From the NCBI GenBank assembly GCA_030295235.1, contig AP026124.1, positions 1,550,001 to 1,614,000 on the forward strand: DNA of 64,000 bases. The letters are read 5' to 3'. This DNA comes from Fistulifera solaris. Its lineage: Eukaryota. The notes below the pieces were generated by a model, which saw only the letters and a program-made list of their open reading frames with translations, made no database searches and was not told the origin of the DNA. A program made the translations under genes and the position numbers. Within the stretch, counting starts at the first letter, position 1; the number at the start of each line of letters is the position of its first letter. This document shows positions 48,951-60,147 of this stretch, in pieces.

Positions 48951-51900
48951 TCAGTGACGCCAATACAGGCTGTCGGGAACAAATCTTTTCGCCTTCGATA
49001 CGAGAACTTTTATTTCAGAGCATGGGACTAAATAGCACCGTTGTTTTTCAAATGGGTCCGCTCTGCTGAGGATCCCGATTACTCGACCTTCGTCGTTGAC
49101 GCATGGTCCTCCGGAGTGTCCCGGAATCGTTGGGCATATAATAACTATTTCCTCGCGGGGTGAGAACGAATTATGGCTTGTAGAATCGTCTGAGCTACTA
49201 TCATCATCCTGTGGAGGGGAGACGAAGCGTCGGACAATGTATCCCTGCGCAAAATCAGCAGAACGATTAATGTGCTTTCCCTTTTCAAGAATACCGTCAC
49301 CACCCTGATTGAATCCAACAATTCTAACGGTTTCTTCAAGCTCATATTTAGTAGTCATTTTGAGGGGCTTCAAGTCTTCCTCTAGCATCATGTCCATTGC
49401 AATAAGACGCTCCACTTGATAAGCGCAACCCTCGCCTTCGTTGTCAACATCGTTTTCCATCCGTGTCTTTATACGAATGACGCATGCATCAACATAATGT
49501 ATATCATCGGCAATTAACTCTCCAAAGTATCTCCATAAAGCTTTATGTTCGTTTTCGTTGCGGTTACTATCGCTACCGTCACTCTTCTCTGGAATAACAC
49601 CAATCACCACTTTCGCATCAGGGAGTCCAAAGTAAGGGACTCCAAAATTGTTCCCTCCTTCCATGTTAAAAAGCACATGGCCAGCTGTCACAATCAAACC
49701 TAACTTTTTGTCGATGACGAAACCAGATCCCACATTGCGAACTCGTTTTGTATCCGAATCCCACAAACCAACCAACACGACACTCGGAAAAATTTCATCT
49801 ACAGGTTTAGAGCCTTTTAGCGGATTTGCCTCGTGAACAGGAGCCTCTTTACGATCGGCGGCAGTGCCGCAAATGAGATTTGAATCTAGTCTATGCCCTC
49901 GCATGCAGCGAACTACGGAGCTTCCGCTTTGCGCAAGAGCATACACGCTATCCCAACCCCACGTACTAGCACTGAGCGGGTCAGAACGAGCGAGGCATTC
50001 GGGGCAAACAGCCTGAAAGTCCACATTTGCGAACGAATCAAGATTTTTACGCACAGCATCAAGGATAACCTTGTAGCCACCTTGTGAACACAAGAGATGC
50101 TTTCTTGAGTCTCACAGTTGGTCGATACGTGAAAATCAATGAGCATACTTACCTTGCCAAAGTTTCAGACCATGATGACCAACCTGTCCCTTGCCGCTGA
50201 CGATCACTCGTTGCATACTTGCACGCATTGCATCAGCAGCTACGCAGTGACCGGCTGTCTGATCCACAATGGAAACAAATATTTCAACAAAGCTTTCACG
50301 AATTTCTCCGCTTTCATGATCAGCAAACACTGTTCCCATTTTGACTATTAAAGATGAATTCCAGCATGCCACTTGATGAATACGGACTCTCCCGAGCGCT
50401 TGATCATCGTGATCTTCCAAGAACTCGTCCATGGATGCCTTTCGCAGAGGGACTGTATGCGATCGCAGCATTGATTCGCCTAAAACTGGTGCCGCTTTAA
50501 ACGCCTTAGAAAACTTGTACACCTCTCTGAGAACTGTGACAGTTAAGTCCTCCATCAGATGCGACGGCGCACCATCACGGAAAAGCCAGGAATGACAAAG
50601 TGTAGTCATCCATGCTTCTTTTGTCTTATAAGTCCACACCTCACGAGGATCTGCTTGAGCGAGCAAGCTGGGAACAAAAAAAATTTCACCCCGACTATCC
50701 AAAGGAGATGACGACTACGAGAAGGTACTAAAGTAAGGACACGCGACGCCATACAGGTTACATAAGTTGTAGGTCGTAAGACACTTACCACATCGAGAGG
50801 AAGAAAGACTCCAGTATGAACCAATAGTTGAGCCAAAAAGGTGAACATAGTCGGCGTTGATGTAGACGTTTCTGCAACTTGAGAATAGTGATCGGCTGCC
50901 TCCCTCATGAAGCTCATCGATTGCCAAAGCATTTCAGCGTCTTTGTCGCTCAACAAAGGGCAATTGTGTGAGCCAGCGCTCAGAGTTCGAATGACTTCGC
51001 TCTCCGAAAACTTGAATGGGCTATAAATGCATTGCAAGTTCATAAAGCGTCGAGTCTCTTGCAGCTCTCTTTTCAGATCATTTCTCAGAATGCAACTCAA
51101 CGCCGAAACGAGCCATTTGCGACTTAGTACAATATACCGAGAAAGTACTTCGTCCCCAGCTGACCCAAAATATAGAATTTCTCCGATATTTGATAAAAAT
51201 TGCAAAGTTTTAGTGACTTCCTTCATTTCCATTTTGTCACCGATTTCCCCAAGAAGATAATCCAATAATATCAATTTGTGCCCTTCCTTGAACCGACGAA
51301 TGAGTTCCATGACCATCACCGTGCCCTTCGACACTGGAGTGCCAACATGGTCAAAAACTGAACGAGTATCATCGGATGCTATTGCCTGAATCGTATCCTG
51401 TAGACGATCGAACCCTTTACCAGTGGCATAGTCTACAGTAAGAATATCACTTTCAGCACTTGAAATTAACTTCGGAGCTGCACCTTGGCTTTCCAAACGA
51501 TTAACATGCTCCACCAACACGTTTTTCAGCATCGCACACCGTCTAGCAACCTCCTCGTCGGACATAATCTCATTCGGCGTGATGACTACAGGGAGCACAG
51601 CAGAATTGTCTCCTCGTTGCGCAATCATGTCAACCCAAGGAAGGACGCGTTGATTGATGTCAGCAAGTAAGAAGCGATCAGCTTTCCGATTGGCTTCTTC
51701 GAGATGAAATGCATTGGACAATGCATCGATGCCGCCCGAATCACCAGTCTCTTCTTCGTCTTCATTATCTTCGTCTACATCATCTGGTTCACAGCCAGCA
51801 TGGATTCGAAAAGTTCTTCGATTCGTGCAAGCCAAATCCCAAACAAGTAAATACAAGGATTGACCAGAGAAGAAGAGTGACTGGGTTGCTGGATGCGCCC

Positions 51901-53740
51901 CAAAATTGCTCATTTCTTCGCGAACCTCCGGACTTTGAACATCCCAGATCATAAACTTGATGGGCAGGTCATCAGCCAAAACGCTCGTCTCGTCCTTCTT
52001 GCATGGAGTCCAACTATGAACGTCAACCCCAAGGGTGGCTCTACGACGTGGTCGTTTCTGGCTGTCGCGGAGGGAACGCGCCACCCATGATTTATCTACA
52101 CCAGGTGCTGCGACCGTGATCACTTTCAGCATGTCATTGTACACGTGCAAGTCTGCATTGCATGATCTTGAAAGGGGTACTGGACCACCATCTGATTTTC
52201 CTCGCGGCAGAATGCGTGCCGGTGGCAGATCAGCGGAATCCAAGTCGACAGTGGTTTCTTGCGCTGCTCGCATTAACATTGCTTCGACATCCGGTGTATC
52301 GCCTTTGTCAACTTTGTAATCAGCATCACGAGGAAGTGCACTGGCGATCATCGACCCGTCGTCTTTTTTCCAGTATGGATAATCTTCTGTGTCGATGACA
52401 GCAGCAACATCAGCGGCCAATACTCCTGCCTCGAGGACTGAGTCCATAATTTGATCTTCGGTCCCCACATAATTTGCCATCACAGAATTTGATCCAACCC
52501 TTCGATGTCTATGGATCGAACCTTGTAGACTGGATCCGGGAGAAGCGGCTTCAGACAAAAGCGGACGATCATTTAAGGAAGCCGCAGAAAGTGCGGCAGT
52601 TGGCGGTGACAATGGATCCTCGTAACGAGCCGCCGAGTAGTAGCCAGTACGATTTAATGGACCAAATGAAGATTCGAGTCCTGTAATGGCGTTAAATTGA
52701 TTCGCGGGGGCAATGAAATCTTCCGGTTCGGATTGTTGTGACCTTCGAAACAGCTGATCGTCGCTGTGATTAGAAGTGGAAGCGGTGTCGTCAGATCTAC
52801 CCCAAGAAAAGATAGACTTCTTTTTCCCACGCTTCTTTTGCTGTTTGTTTTCTTTTCGGTTAGGCGATGACGGAAGCGACAGATTGGCTTCTGTCAGCGA
52901 TCCAGTCGGCACCGGCGGTTCGTCGGAAAGAGCGAATGGTTCCTGCTCCATAACTTCTGTAGATCCTCCACTTTCATTTCGCGATGAGCCACGAGCGCCT
53001 CTTTTAAGAAATTTCGAGAGACGCCTCACCCCTTTTTTCACTCGATTTGGAGCCTGCGTCACGGTCTGACATTTGCGTTGCTGCGCTTCTCGAATTCGAT
53101 CTTGGATGATATCGCTGGGATGATGTTCATGTCTGGGTAGTTCGACTAGATCCCCATCCACCACGCAATATTCCACTCCACCGACACCTATATCTTGCAC
53201 ATTACGCGTACTGGTAGCAAGCGTCGGCTCTGAATGTATATTGTGAAAATTCCTCATTTGCTCAAAGCTTCGAAGACCGTCTCCTTCACTGCGAATCGAA
53301 AGTGGGATAGTATCTTCATCCTGATGCGCACTAGCTAGACGGCGATGTTCATTGGGAAGCAATGGTGAGGATACCGCCAGTGAAAATTGATCAATCCCCG
53401 TCCGCACCAAGTCTCTCACAAACGTAGCCACGGGATAGGCGTAATTTCCCGAACTCACACGACGACCGTCATCGGAAATGGCTACCACAGGCACAACTGG
53501 AGGAGGAAGCTCGTCAAACTCTCTCCTCAACATTTCTGAGCTCTGGCTATTTAAGCTTCCCATATTTTGCCAATCTCTTAACAGTGCGGAGGATGTGTGG
53601 CTGTTCAAGCTACTGTTGTTGTTGTTTTCGAAGTTCATCGCATGGCTTGGATTTCTGTTGGTGTCAGCGGAAGCCCCTTCCGTTCCCGAAACAGCCGGAT
53701 AAAGTGCATTTGCCTGTTCGTTCCGGTTCGGAGTAGCCAT
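48951..53740 (-). CDS. Roco-like protein (degenerate Roc, COR) fused to a C-terminal trypsin-like serine protease
   Basis: ATLGVDV, IWDV, HPATQSLFF..SLYLLVWDL (Roc); FLSNIGEILYF and FFVPSLL (COR); TAGHV, DACV, GHSGGP (protease); introns 50715-50788 and 50081-50152. Confidence 0.85.
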
Positions 53741-54151
53741 CCTTGAGTTGAGAAGATGATTGTAATGATCTAATGATGTAAGGAAAGAGTGTCGCTGTAT
53801 TGCTTTGACTGCGTTATGCATTCGGAACCTCGAAACTACTCGGAACTGGCGGTCGAAGGCAAAAACGTCGTCGACGCTCATTATTCTTTCTGGGAGGTGG
53901 CTTGCGCGACGCATCTTCTTCATTGGAGATAGTTCACGTGAAGGCGTGAAGAACTATCGTTAAAATGTACTACTGTAGCAACCTTTATCCGGCACCTAAG
54001 GTACGGGAAAAAGTGTACATTCACGTAGGCCCTCGTAGAGAAATGTACCAAGCAGAGGTGCGTTCCCGTGTCTCACTAGTTTGGTTTTTTTGCACCGGCA
54101 ACTGCATTTTTCCTCTTTAACATAAAACAATGAATTCCGAAACAAAAGAGC

Positions 54152-55434
54152 ATGCCAGAAGAATCATCATCTTTGCCCTTTGCGTCTTATCACAGGGCCT
54201 CTCAAGTCGGAGCAGGATCGTTCGGGAGTGTTCTGACAGTCTACAATGACGAAGGAGAACAATTTGCACTCAAGTTATTTTTCAAAGGAGACAATGACAA
54301 CGACGACGACGACGACGAAAGCGCGGTTCCTCTGGAATTGGGTACGCTAAGAGAAATATCTTGCTTACGATTTCTTCGTGGACGAACCGAAGAATCACAT
54401 CATCCCTCATATCATTCGTTTGGTGGATATTCAGCCCGAGTGGTCGGAAGAAGAAGGAGGCGCGGGGACGTCGGGATGTCTCGGCATGGCCATGCCTTGG
54501 TTCCCCCTGTTCGCTGGCGAAAGCGATTGAGCAGAAAAGATTTCAGAGTGACAAGCGCGTCAAAGTTCAAATAGCACACGATCTGTTAGCGGCAGTGGAA
54601 TTCTTGCACAAAAATGGAATCATGCATCGCGACATAAAAAGCGACAATATTCTTCTGCAGCAAGATGAAAATTCTTGGCGTGCGGTTCTCACCGATTTCA
54701 GTCTCGCCAAGGTATTTGTCGACAAAAAGGATAACTACGCGGGTCATACCGGAGAAGTCGGTACGTTAGTGTACTCAGCTCCTGAAATTTTGAACGATGA
54801 AGAGTACGATGCTTCGGTAGATTTGTGGAGCGTTGGCGTCGTCTTGATCGAATTATTGAAGCAGGAAACTACACCCGGACTTAAAGCAAAGCAGATTGTA
54901 CCCCATATTCAAACAATATTGAAAGGATTGTCAGATCAACCGTTTCCTGATTTGATACGAAGCTTACTTAAGGTGGATCCGGCCGAGCGGCTTTCTGCCA
55001 ACGAGGCCTTACAGCACGAACTCTTTTCCAAGTTTCAGCTGGATGTTCCCAATTCTTCGATATTGAATGTGAAAGATGTTTTACCATACGAATATACGAG
55101 TGATTTATCCAAAAACGCGAGGGAGAAACGACTTGCCTTGATCAAAAAGGCATGCGCGTATTTAGAATCCGAGTCACCCCTTACCGCAAAAGCGGCCTTT
55201 GAATACAGCACGCAACTTGATCAACTGGATGACAATGTGAATGAATCGCAAAGTTTACTAGACTGTGTCGTACTCGCGCACCGTTTCTTCGAGGTCGAAC
55301 ACCCTGATCTCGATGCGCTAGACGAAGAAGACAAGGGTATCTTTGCCGAATGGTCGCTGTCGGAATACGTGGAGAATGAATCCACTTTGTTCATGCTGCT
55401 AGATTATTGCTTATATCCACGGTTCTACGAGTAA
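54152..55434 (+). CDS. Ser/Thr protein kinase
   Basis: GAGSFG, FALK, HRDIKSDN, DFS (variant DFG), YSAPE, DLWSVG; frameshift(s) ~54390-54510. Confidence 0.9.
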
Positions 55435-55680
55435 GAAGGAGAAGGTAATAATAAAAACTAGCAACAAAACAAAGTCTACTCTCGCTCAAGCTCAAGGTGC
55501 TTTTTCGTCAGTCGAATTGGGCGTAAAATGGATCACTAACGTGTTTTGCTTGTAGATGAGTCCACATGGGGAAAGTATAAATGCTCAAAATTGCAACCTG
55601 AAAAAGCGGAACGATCACGTAAGGAATACTTGGTAGTCAGTTGTAACAATAACAACCCATTGAGTCGTCATGTTTTTGTA

Positions 55681-55758
55681 CAGAATCAGGTCGTGTATTA
55701 CTCGACACATTAGAAATACTCCGTCAGCAATTGGACATCAGAATCTCGTCATTTTCTA
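55681..55758 (-). ncRNA. Candidate box C/D snoRNA (target unassigned)
   Basis: C box ATGACGA, D' CTGA, D CTGA, terminal stem AGAA/TTCT; inside GT-AG intron 55598-55796. Confidence 0.6.
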
Positions 55759-55915
55759 TCAATACTGAGTAATGGTGCAAACGAGCATAAACTCACATAT
55801 CATAGTGAATCTATTAGTCTTGTGCAGTGAATTGGATCCTGGGAGAAGCTAAATTGAACAGACATGAGAAGTTTGTTAAATAGACGTCAAGGACGTAAAA
55901 TGCTGGAGAGTCGTA

Positions 55916-55991
55916 GAATCAGATAAACCCCTTCGTGTCTCAACACAATTTTCAGACAGCTCCAATAGTAAAAAGTAGTTTCATCATTTTC
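55916..55991 (-). ncRNA. Box C/D snoRNA, double guide for 18S rRNA
   Basis: C ATGATGA; D' guide CTATTGGAGCTG (antisense to 18S CAGCUCCAAUAG); D guide AAGGGGTTTA (antisense to UAAACCCCUU); CTGA boxes; terminal stem GAA/TTC. Confidence 0.85.
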
Positions 55992-56086
55992 ATTTATTCA
56001 AATGTAGTTTGCAGTCGACGCAGAACTTACCATACAATGTGTTAGAAGCGGCATTAGCTCCGATCATTACCTCGAATCAAATAAGA

Positions 56087-56172
56087 ATCCATCATTGCGC
56101 ACATGGAATGCGATAATCAATAGAGTTCATAAACCGTAGTAATATTGAGCTTCCTTTTTGTAATCATCGGAT
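56087..56172 (-). ncRNA. Box C/D snoRNA, 18S guide
   Basis: C ATGATTA; guide ATTACTACGGTT (antisense to 18S AACCGUAGUAAU) before D' ATGA; C' TTGATTA; D ATGA; terminal stem ATCCG/TGGAT. Confidence 0.7.
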
Positions 56173-56205
56173 GCGATCGTCAGGAATTTGGAACGCACAG
56201 CATAT

Positions 56206-57850
56206 TCACCTTACCTCGCCGACGAATGTAATCATAAACCCGAGGGAATTGTTATCCCTTTTCACACGCCACAACGAGTACTCGAGATAAGTAACCCTTC
56301 CATCAATCATTGCTTGTTCATGTAGAAAAGGTAAATAAAGAGTTCGGTGCAATGTACTTGTCCTATCGGTGTCTAGAAAAGGAACTGTATGAATCAACTC
56401 GACACGGAGCGATGAAACACAGTCACTACCCCCAAGATCGACAATCCAGTCACAATCGTTTGGATCAACGTAGCGCTCCGTTTGTTCTAAGTTGCGATCA
56501 TTGAAGAGCTGCAGGTGCTGTATATTTTCTGGACGAGATCCTTTGAACGGCTGCGGCAATTGCCCCTTGAATGAAGACGGCAGGAAACGCAACTCTCCGT
56601 TTAAAAGAACGACCCCGGAAAGCGATACCACTCTCCACATGTGCAAATCAGTTCCCGTGGTTGATCCGAGACTAAGGCATAAAGTAAAAGAGGTGCTCCG
56701 TAATACTTGCTCAAAGCAATCGTGCGACTGACCGAAACCACAACGGAAGTCGTCCATACAATAGTGTGAAGACCGGTTCGCAGTCTCTTGATCAAAGGTA
56801 GGAATTTCTGGGTAATATCCAAAACGATATCCACCGTAACGATGGCGCCAATGATGAGTATGGGGTAAATGGGAAACAGAAATCGCTCTTCCTTGTGCGG
56901 TCGAGGAAAAGTGATGGCCAACCAAAGCACGAGCGGCGATAAAATGCCAAGGATCGTATATCGTCTGCACAAAAGACAGAGCGGTAAAGCCATCATTCCA
57001 AACGGAGCTACAATGTTCAGATTCAATAACAGGTTCTTGATATAATAAGATACTGGCTCGACGCCGTATAACTCATCACCACCTCCAGCTGCATTGTAAC
57101 TGAAGATGTTAACGGTGGGTGAAACCCATTTTCCGTAATATGAATGATCGATCATCATGGTGGTCCCTTGCACGATAATTGTACAAAAGGCGGTCCATCC
57201 GATAGTTGCAAGAAGCTTCCCAGCTCGCCAATTTTTCCAAAGGATGCTTATCCCCAAGGGAAGCAACATGACCGCACCAAATGGCCAGCCGACCATTAAC
57301 GTCGTCGTGACCGCCACCAAAACAAAGGAGTAATGCCGCTTTTCCAAGTATAAAGCAGTTGCTAACATCCACGCCATCATCCATGTCGAAGACGGCAAAA
57401 GGCTGCGGCCGAATGGCTGACACCGGCACTGAGTAGCAGGACGAACGCCACCCAATGGGTATTAGCAAGGTGGCCAGAGAGAGCCCATAAAAAGTACAAC
57501 TCACAAATAGCTGTTATTGCTCCTAGAAAACTTCGGAGAAGCAGAAATATAGCCAATTTCTCATGGGACACATTATGATCGACCAAGAAAGAAGCCCATC
57601 GAAGGGCTACTGGTGTCACGATTTGTGCCACTATTTTGAGCGGGAGCAAGTATGCATACGTCCGAAGCGCATATTGATGCGCATACTCCCACGTTTGCAT
57701 GCCATATCCGTAAAGAATGAAGTGGAGCGGCTCCCAGTAGTTATAAACTTCATCGCAATCTGTGATGGGTAAGCGATTGGCCCAATAGATACGCCAGCCC
57801 ACGTATACTGGAGCTATCGCAAAAACCCAAGTTCTCTCCGTCTTACTCAT
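56206..57850 (-). CDS. ALG9: Alpha-1,2-mannosyltransferase (GT22)
   Basis: DCDEVYNYWEP, QTWEY, PHKEERFLFPIYP and EWYRFPGSFF motifs; frameshifts ~57390-57415 and ~56600; exact 3' end uncertain. Confidence 0.92.
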
Positions 57851-58061
57851 CCTTTCTCCGACCTTCTATAAGAAGATCGAGCTGACATGAAGTCTAAAAT
57901 CAGCAAAACCAGAGACAATGATGACATCGTCGTCCCCAAACGTCGAATCGAATCATTCAAAAAGTGTCGCGTTGACAATTAATGTCCTTTATTGCTTTGC
58001 CTGCAAACATGCGGTTTGAAATTTGTCGAGCATAGGCTGCCGACTGCCAGACGACACAGTT

Positions 58062-58562
58062 CATGTTCTACGTTCTACTTGTACGTGATTTTGCGTCAAC
58101 GAACATGTCCCGGAAAGATTTTCATCCGTTCCAAGTCACGAGTCCGCAAAGCGGGTCCAGTCTGTCCGTGCATCCCAATGAAATTCTCGTCATACCCACT
58201 GGGACATCGTATAACGCTTCGACAAGCACGATACTTTCGATCTTCTGCAAGTTTGTGGACTTGCAGTAAAATCTGCCCATGGGCTCTGTCCATGAAAAAA
58301 TTCTGACCTGCTTCCGCCTAGTCTCGGACGAGGTAGATGAACGACTCGCAACACAGATGTTTTCTGAATGAGAGGTTGTCGTTGCCGAAAAACTATTCAT
58401 CTATCATGCTTGTCGAAGCGGTATACGGTGTCCCAGTGGGTGTGACGAAAATTTCATGAGGACGCATGGACAGACGGGACCCGCTTTGCGGACTCGTGAC
58501 TAAAAACGAACGAAAATCTTTCCGGGACACGTTAGTTGTACGCAAAATTCACGTAAAACATG
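58062..58562. mobile_element. MITE/foldback-like element with ~150-bp inverted arms
   Basis: 58082-58233 is the reverse complement of 58402-58555 with scattered mismatches; non-coding ~170-bp spacer; no clear TSD. Confidence 0.75.
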
Positions 58563-58694
58563 TACGGGGACTTTTTCCATACCATTGAAAAGCCTAAGAC
58601 TGCGTTGCACTGCAAAGACGAAGCGGCGCCTCCATTGCACCTCCTTTTTCCACTGAACCCGACGATAACGACCCATTTTGCGCATACAAAAGGG

Positions 58695-60050
58695 ATGACA
58701 ACGCAACGCAAAAGTCTTCCCGGGTTCCTGCGTCGCAGTTTGCGTCGGAATTACGAAGAAGATGACGAGCAAGATGTCGATTTGCAAGACAGTACGTCAC
58801 ACCGGAGTCAGGACGACGAGTCTTACCCAATCGAAATCGCTCCAATATCAAACAGTAATGGAAAAGGACGAAACGGAGCCACTTTGCTGCAGAATGAGGA
58901 ACAAAAGGATTTAGTAAGAGATGCCTCTGAAAGATCAATTTCATCTCACGGCGGTGCCCCAGTTGCGGATGAATTATCGTCGCCCCAAACGAACTCTCTT
59001 CGTAATTTATCCAGCCCTGCTCCAGAAGAACCTTCTCTTCAACCAAAAACATACAAAGAAATGCAATATGAGCGAACGCTAGAAGCACCGGTTGTCAATC
59101 TAACGGATCTTCGCAAGTTGACATGGAACGGTATACCGTTTCAACATCGCGCTACTTCGTGGAAACTATTGTTAGGATACTTGCCCACCAATGCCGCTCG
59201 ACGCGAACAAACGCTGCGAAGGAGGCGGAATGAATACCGGGATGCGATAGCTCAGCACTACGACATTGATGATGATTCTAGAACACTGCAAGAGCAAGAA
59301 ACACTACGTCAAGTATTGGTCGATGTTCCGCGCACAGCACCGTCTGTGCCTTTATTTCGCAATGAACGCATCAAACGTATTTTGAATCGACTCTTGTACG
59401 TCTGGGCTATGCGTCATCCTGCCAGTAGTTATGTTCAAGGCATCAATGACCTTGCTACACCGCTCTTGGCTGTTTTCTTGGCAGATTATTTTGACGAGAG
59501 TGTAGACGTTCTAGACGGAGAGGTCATGAATCAACTATCGGATGAGCAGCTGGATGAACTAGAAGCTGATATCTACTGGTGTTTGACAAATCTTCTTTCG
59601 AGTATTCAAGATCATTACACTTCCGACCAACCTGGCGTTCAAAGGATGGTGGCCCGCTTAGAGGAACTGGTGAATCGTATCGACGGCGACCTTTGTCGAC
59701 ACCTTCGAGACACGGGCATTGAATTTCTTCAATTTTCCTTCAAATGGATGAATTGTCTCCTACTAAGAGAGTTTCCTTTGAAATGTGTTTTTCGACTCTG
59801 GGATACTTACCTCAGTGAGAAAGCTGGTTTTGAAGATTTTCATGTCTACGTTTGTGCTGCATTTCTTTGTCAGTTTAGCGGTCAGTTACAACAAATGTCA
59901 TTTGATGAACTGTTTGGATTTATGCAGGATATCCCGACAAATGACTGGACGGATACGGAAATCGAAATTCTTTTGAGTCAAGCGTTTGTATTGACATCTT
60001 TATTCGGAGGAAGTGACGCTCATTTGACTAGCGGACAACCAGCTAGGTAA
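58695..60050 (+). CDS. TBC-domain Rab GAP (GYP1/TBC1D22-like)
   Basis: WKLLLGYLP, VLVDVPRT, HPASSYVQGINDL, FKWMNCLLLRE, RLWDTYL. Confidence 0.93.
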   Translation: MTTQRKSLPGFLRRSLRRNYEEDDEQDVDLQDSTSHRSQDDESYPIEIAPISNSNGKGRNGATLLQNEEQKDLVRDASERSISSHGGAPVADELSSPQTNSLRNLSSPAPEEPSLQPKTYKEMQYERTLEAPVVNLTDLRKLTWNGIPFQHRATSWKLLLGYLPTNAARREQTLRRRRNEYRDAIAQHYDIDDDSRTLQEQETLRQVLVDVPRTAPSVPLFRNERIKRILNRLLYVWAMRHPASSYVQGINDLATPLLAVFLADYFDESVDVLDGEVMNQLSDEQLDELEADIYWCLTNLLSSIQDHYTSDQPGVQRMVARLEELVNRIDGDLCRHLRDTGIEFLQFSFKWMNCLLLREFPLKCVFRLWDTYLSEKAGFEDFHVYVCAAFLCQFSGQLQQMSFDELFGFMQDIPTNDWTDTEIEILLSQAFVLTSLFGGSDAHLTSGQPAR

Positions 60051-60147
60051 TTTTTTAACAATGACGGAAAAGGTCGCATGGTTCATTGTAACAGTACTAT
60101 ACTTAAAACTGCGCGGAAGTAACGAGTTTAAGTAAATGGCCATTGCG

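Noticed and set aside
56180..56235. Further C/D-like unit or U6-like 3' fragment (GCGTTCCAAATT)
   Set aside because: Overlaps the ALG9 end and splice donor; no terminal stem and no other U6 motifs
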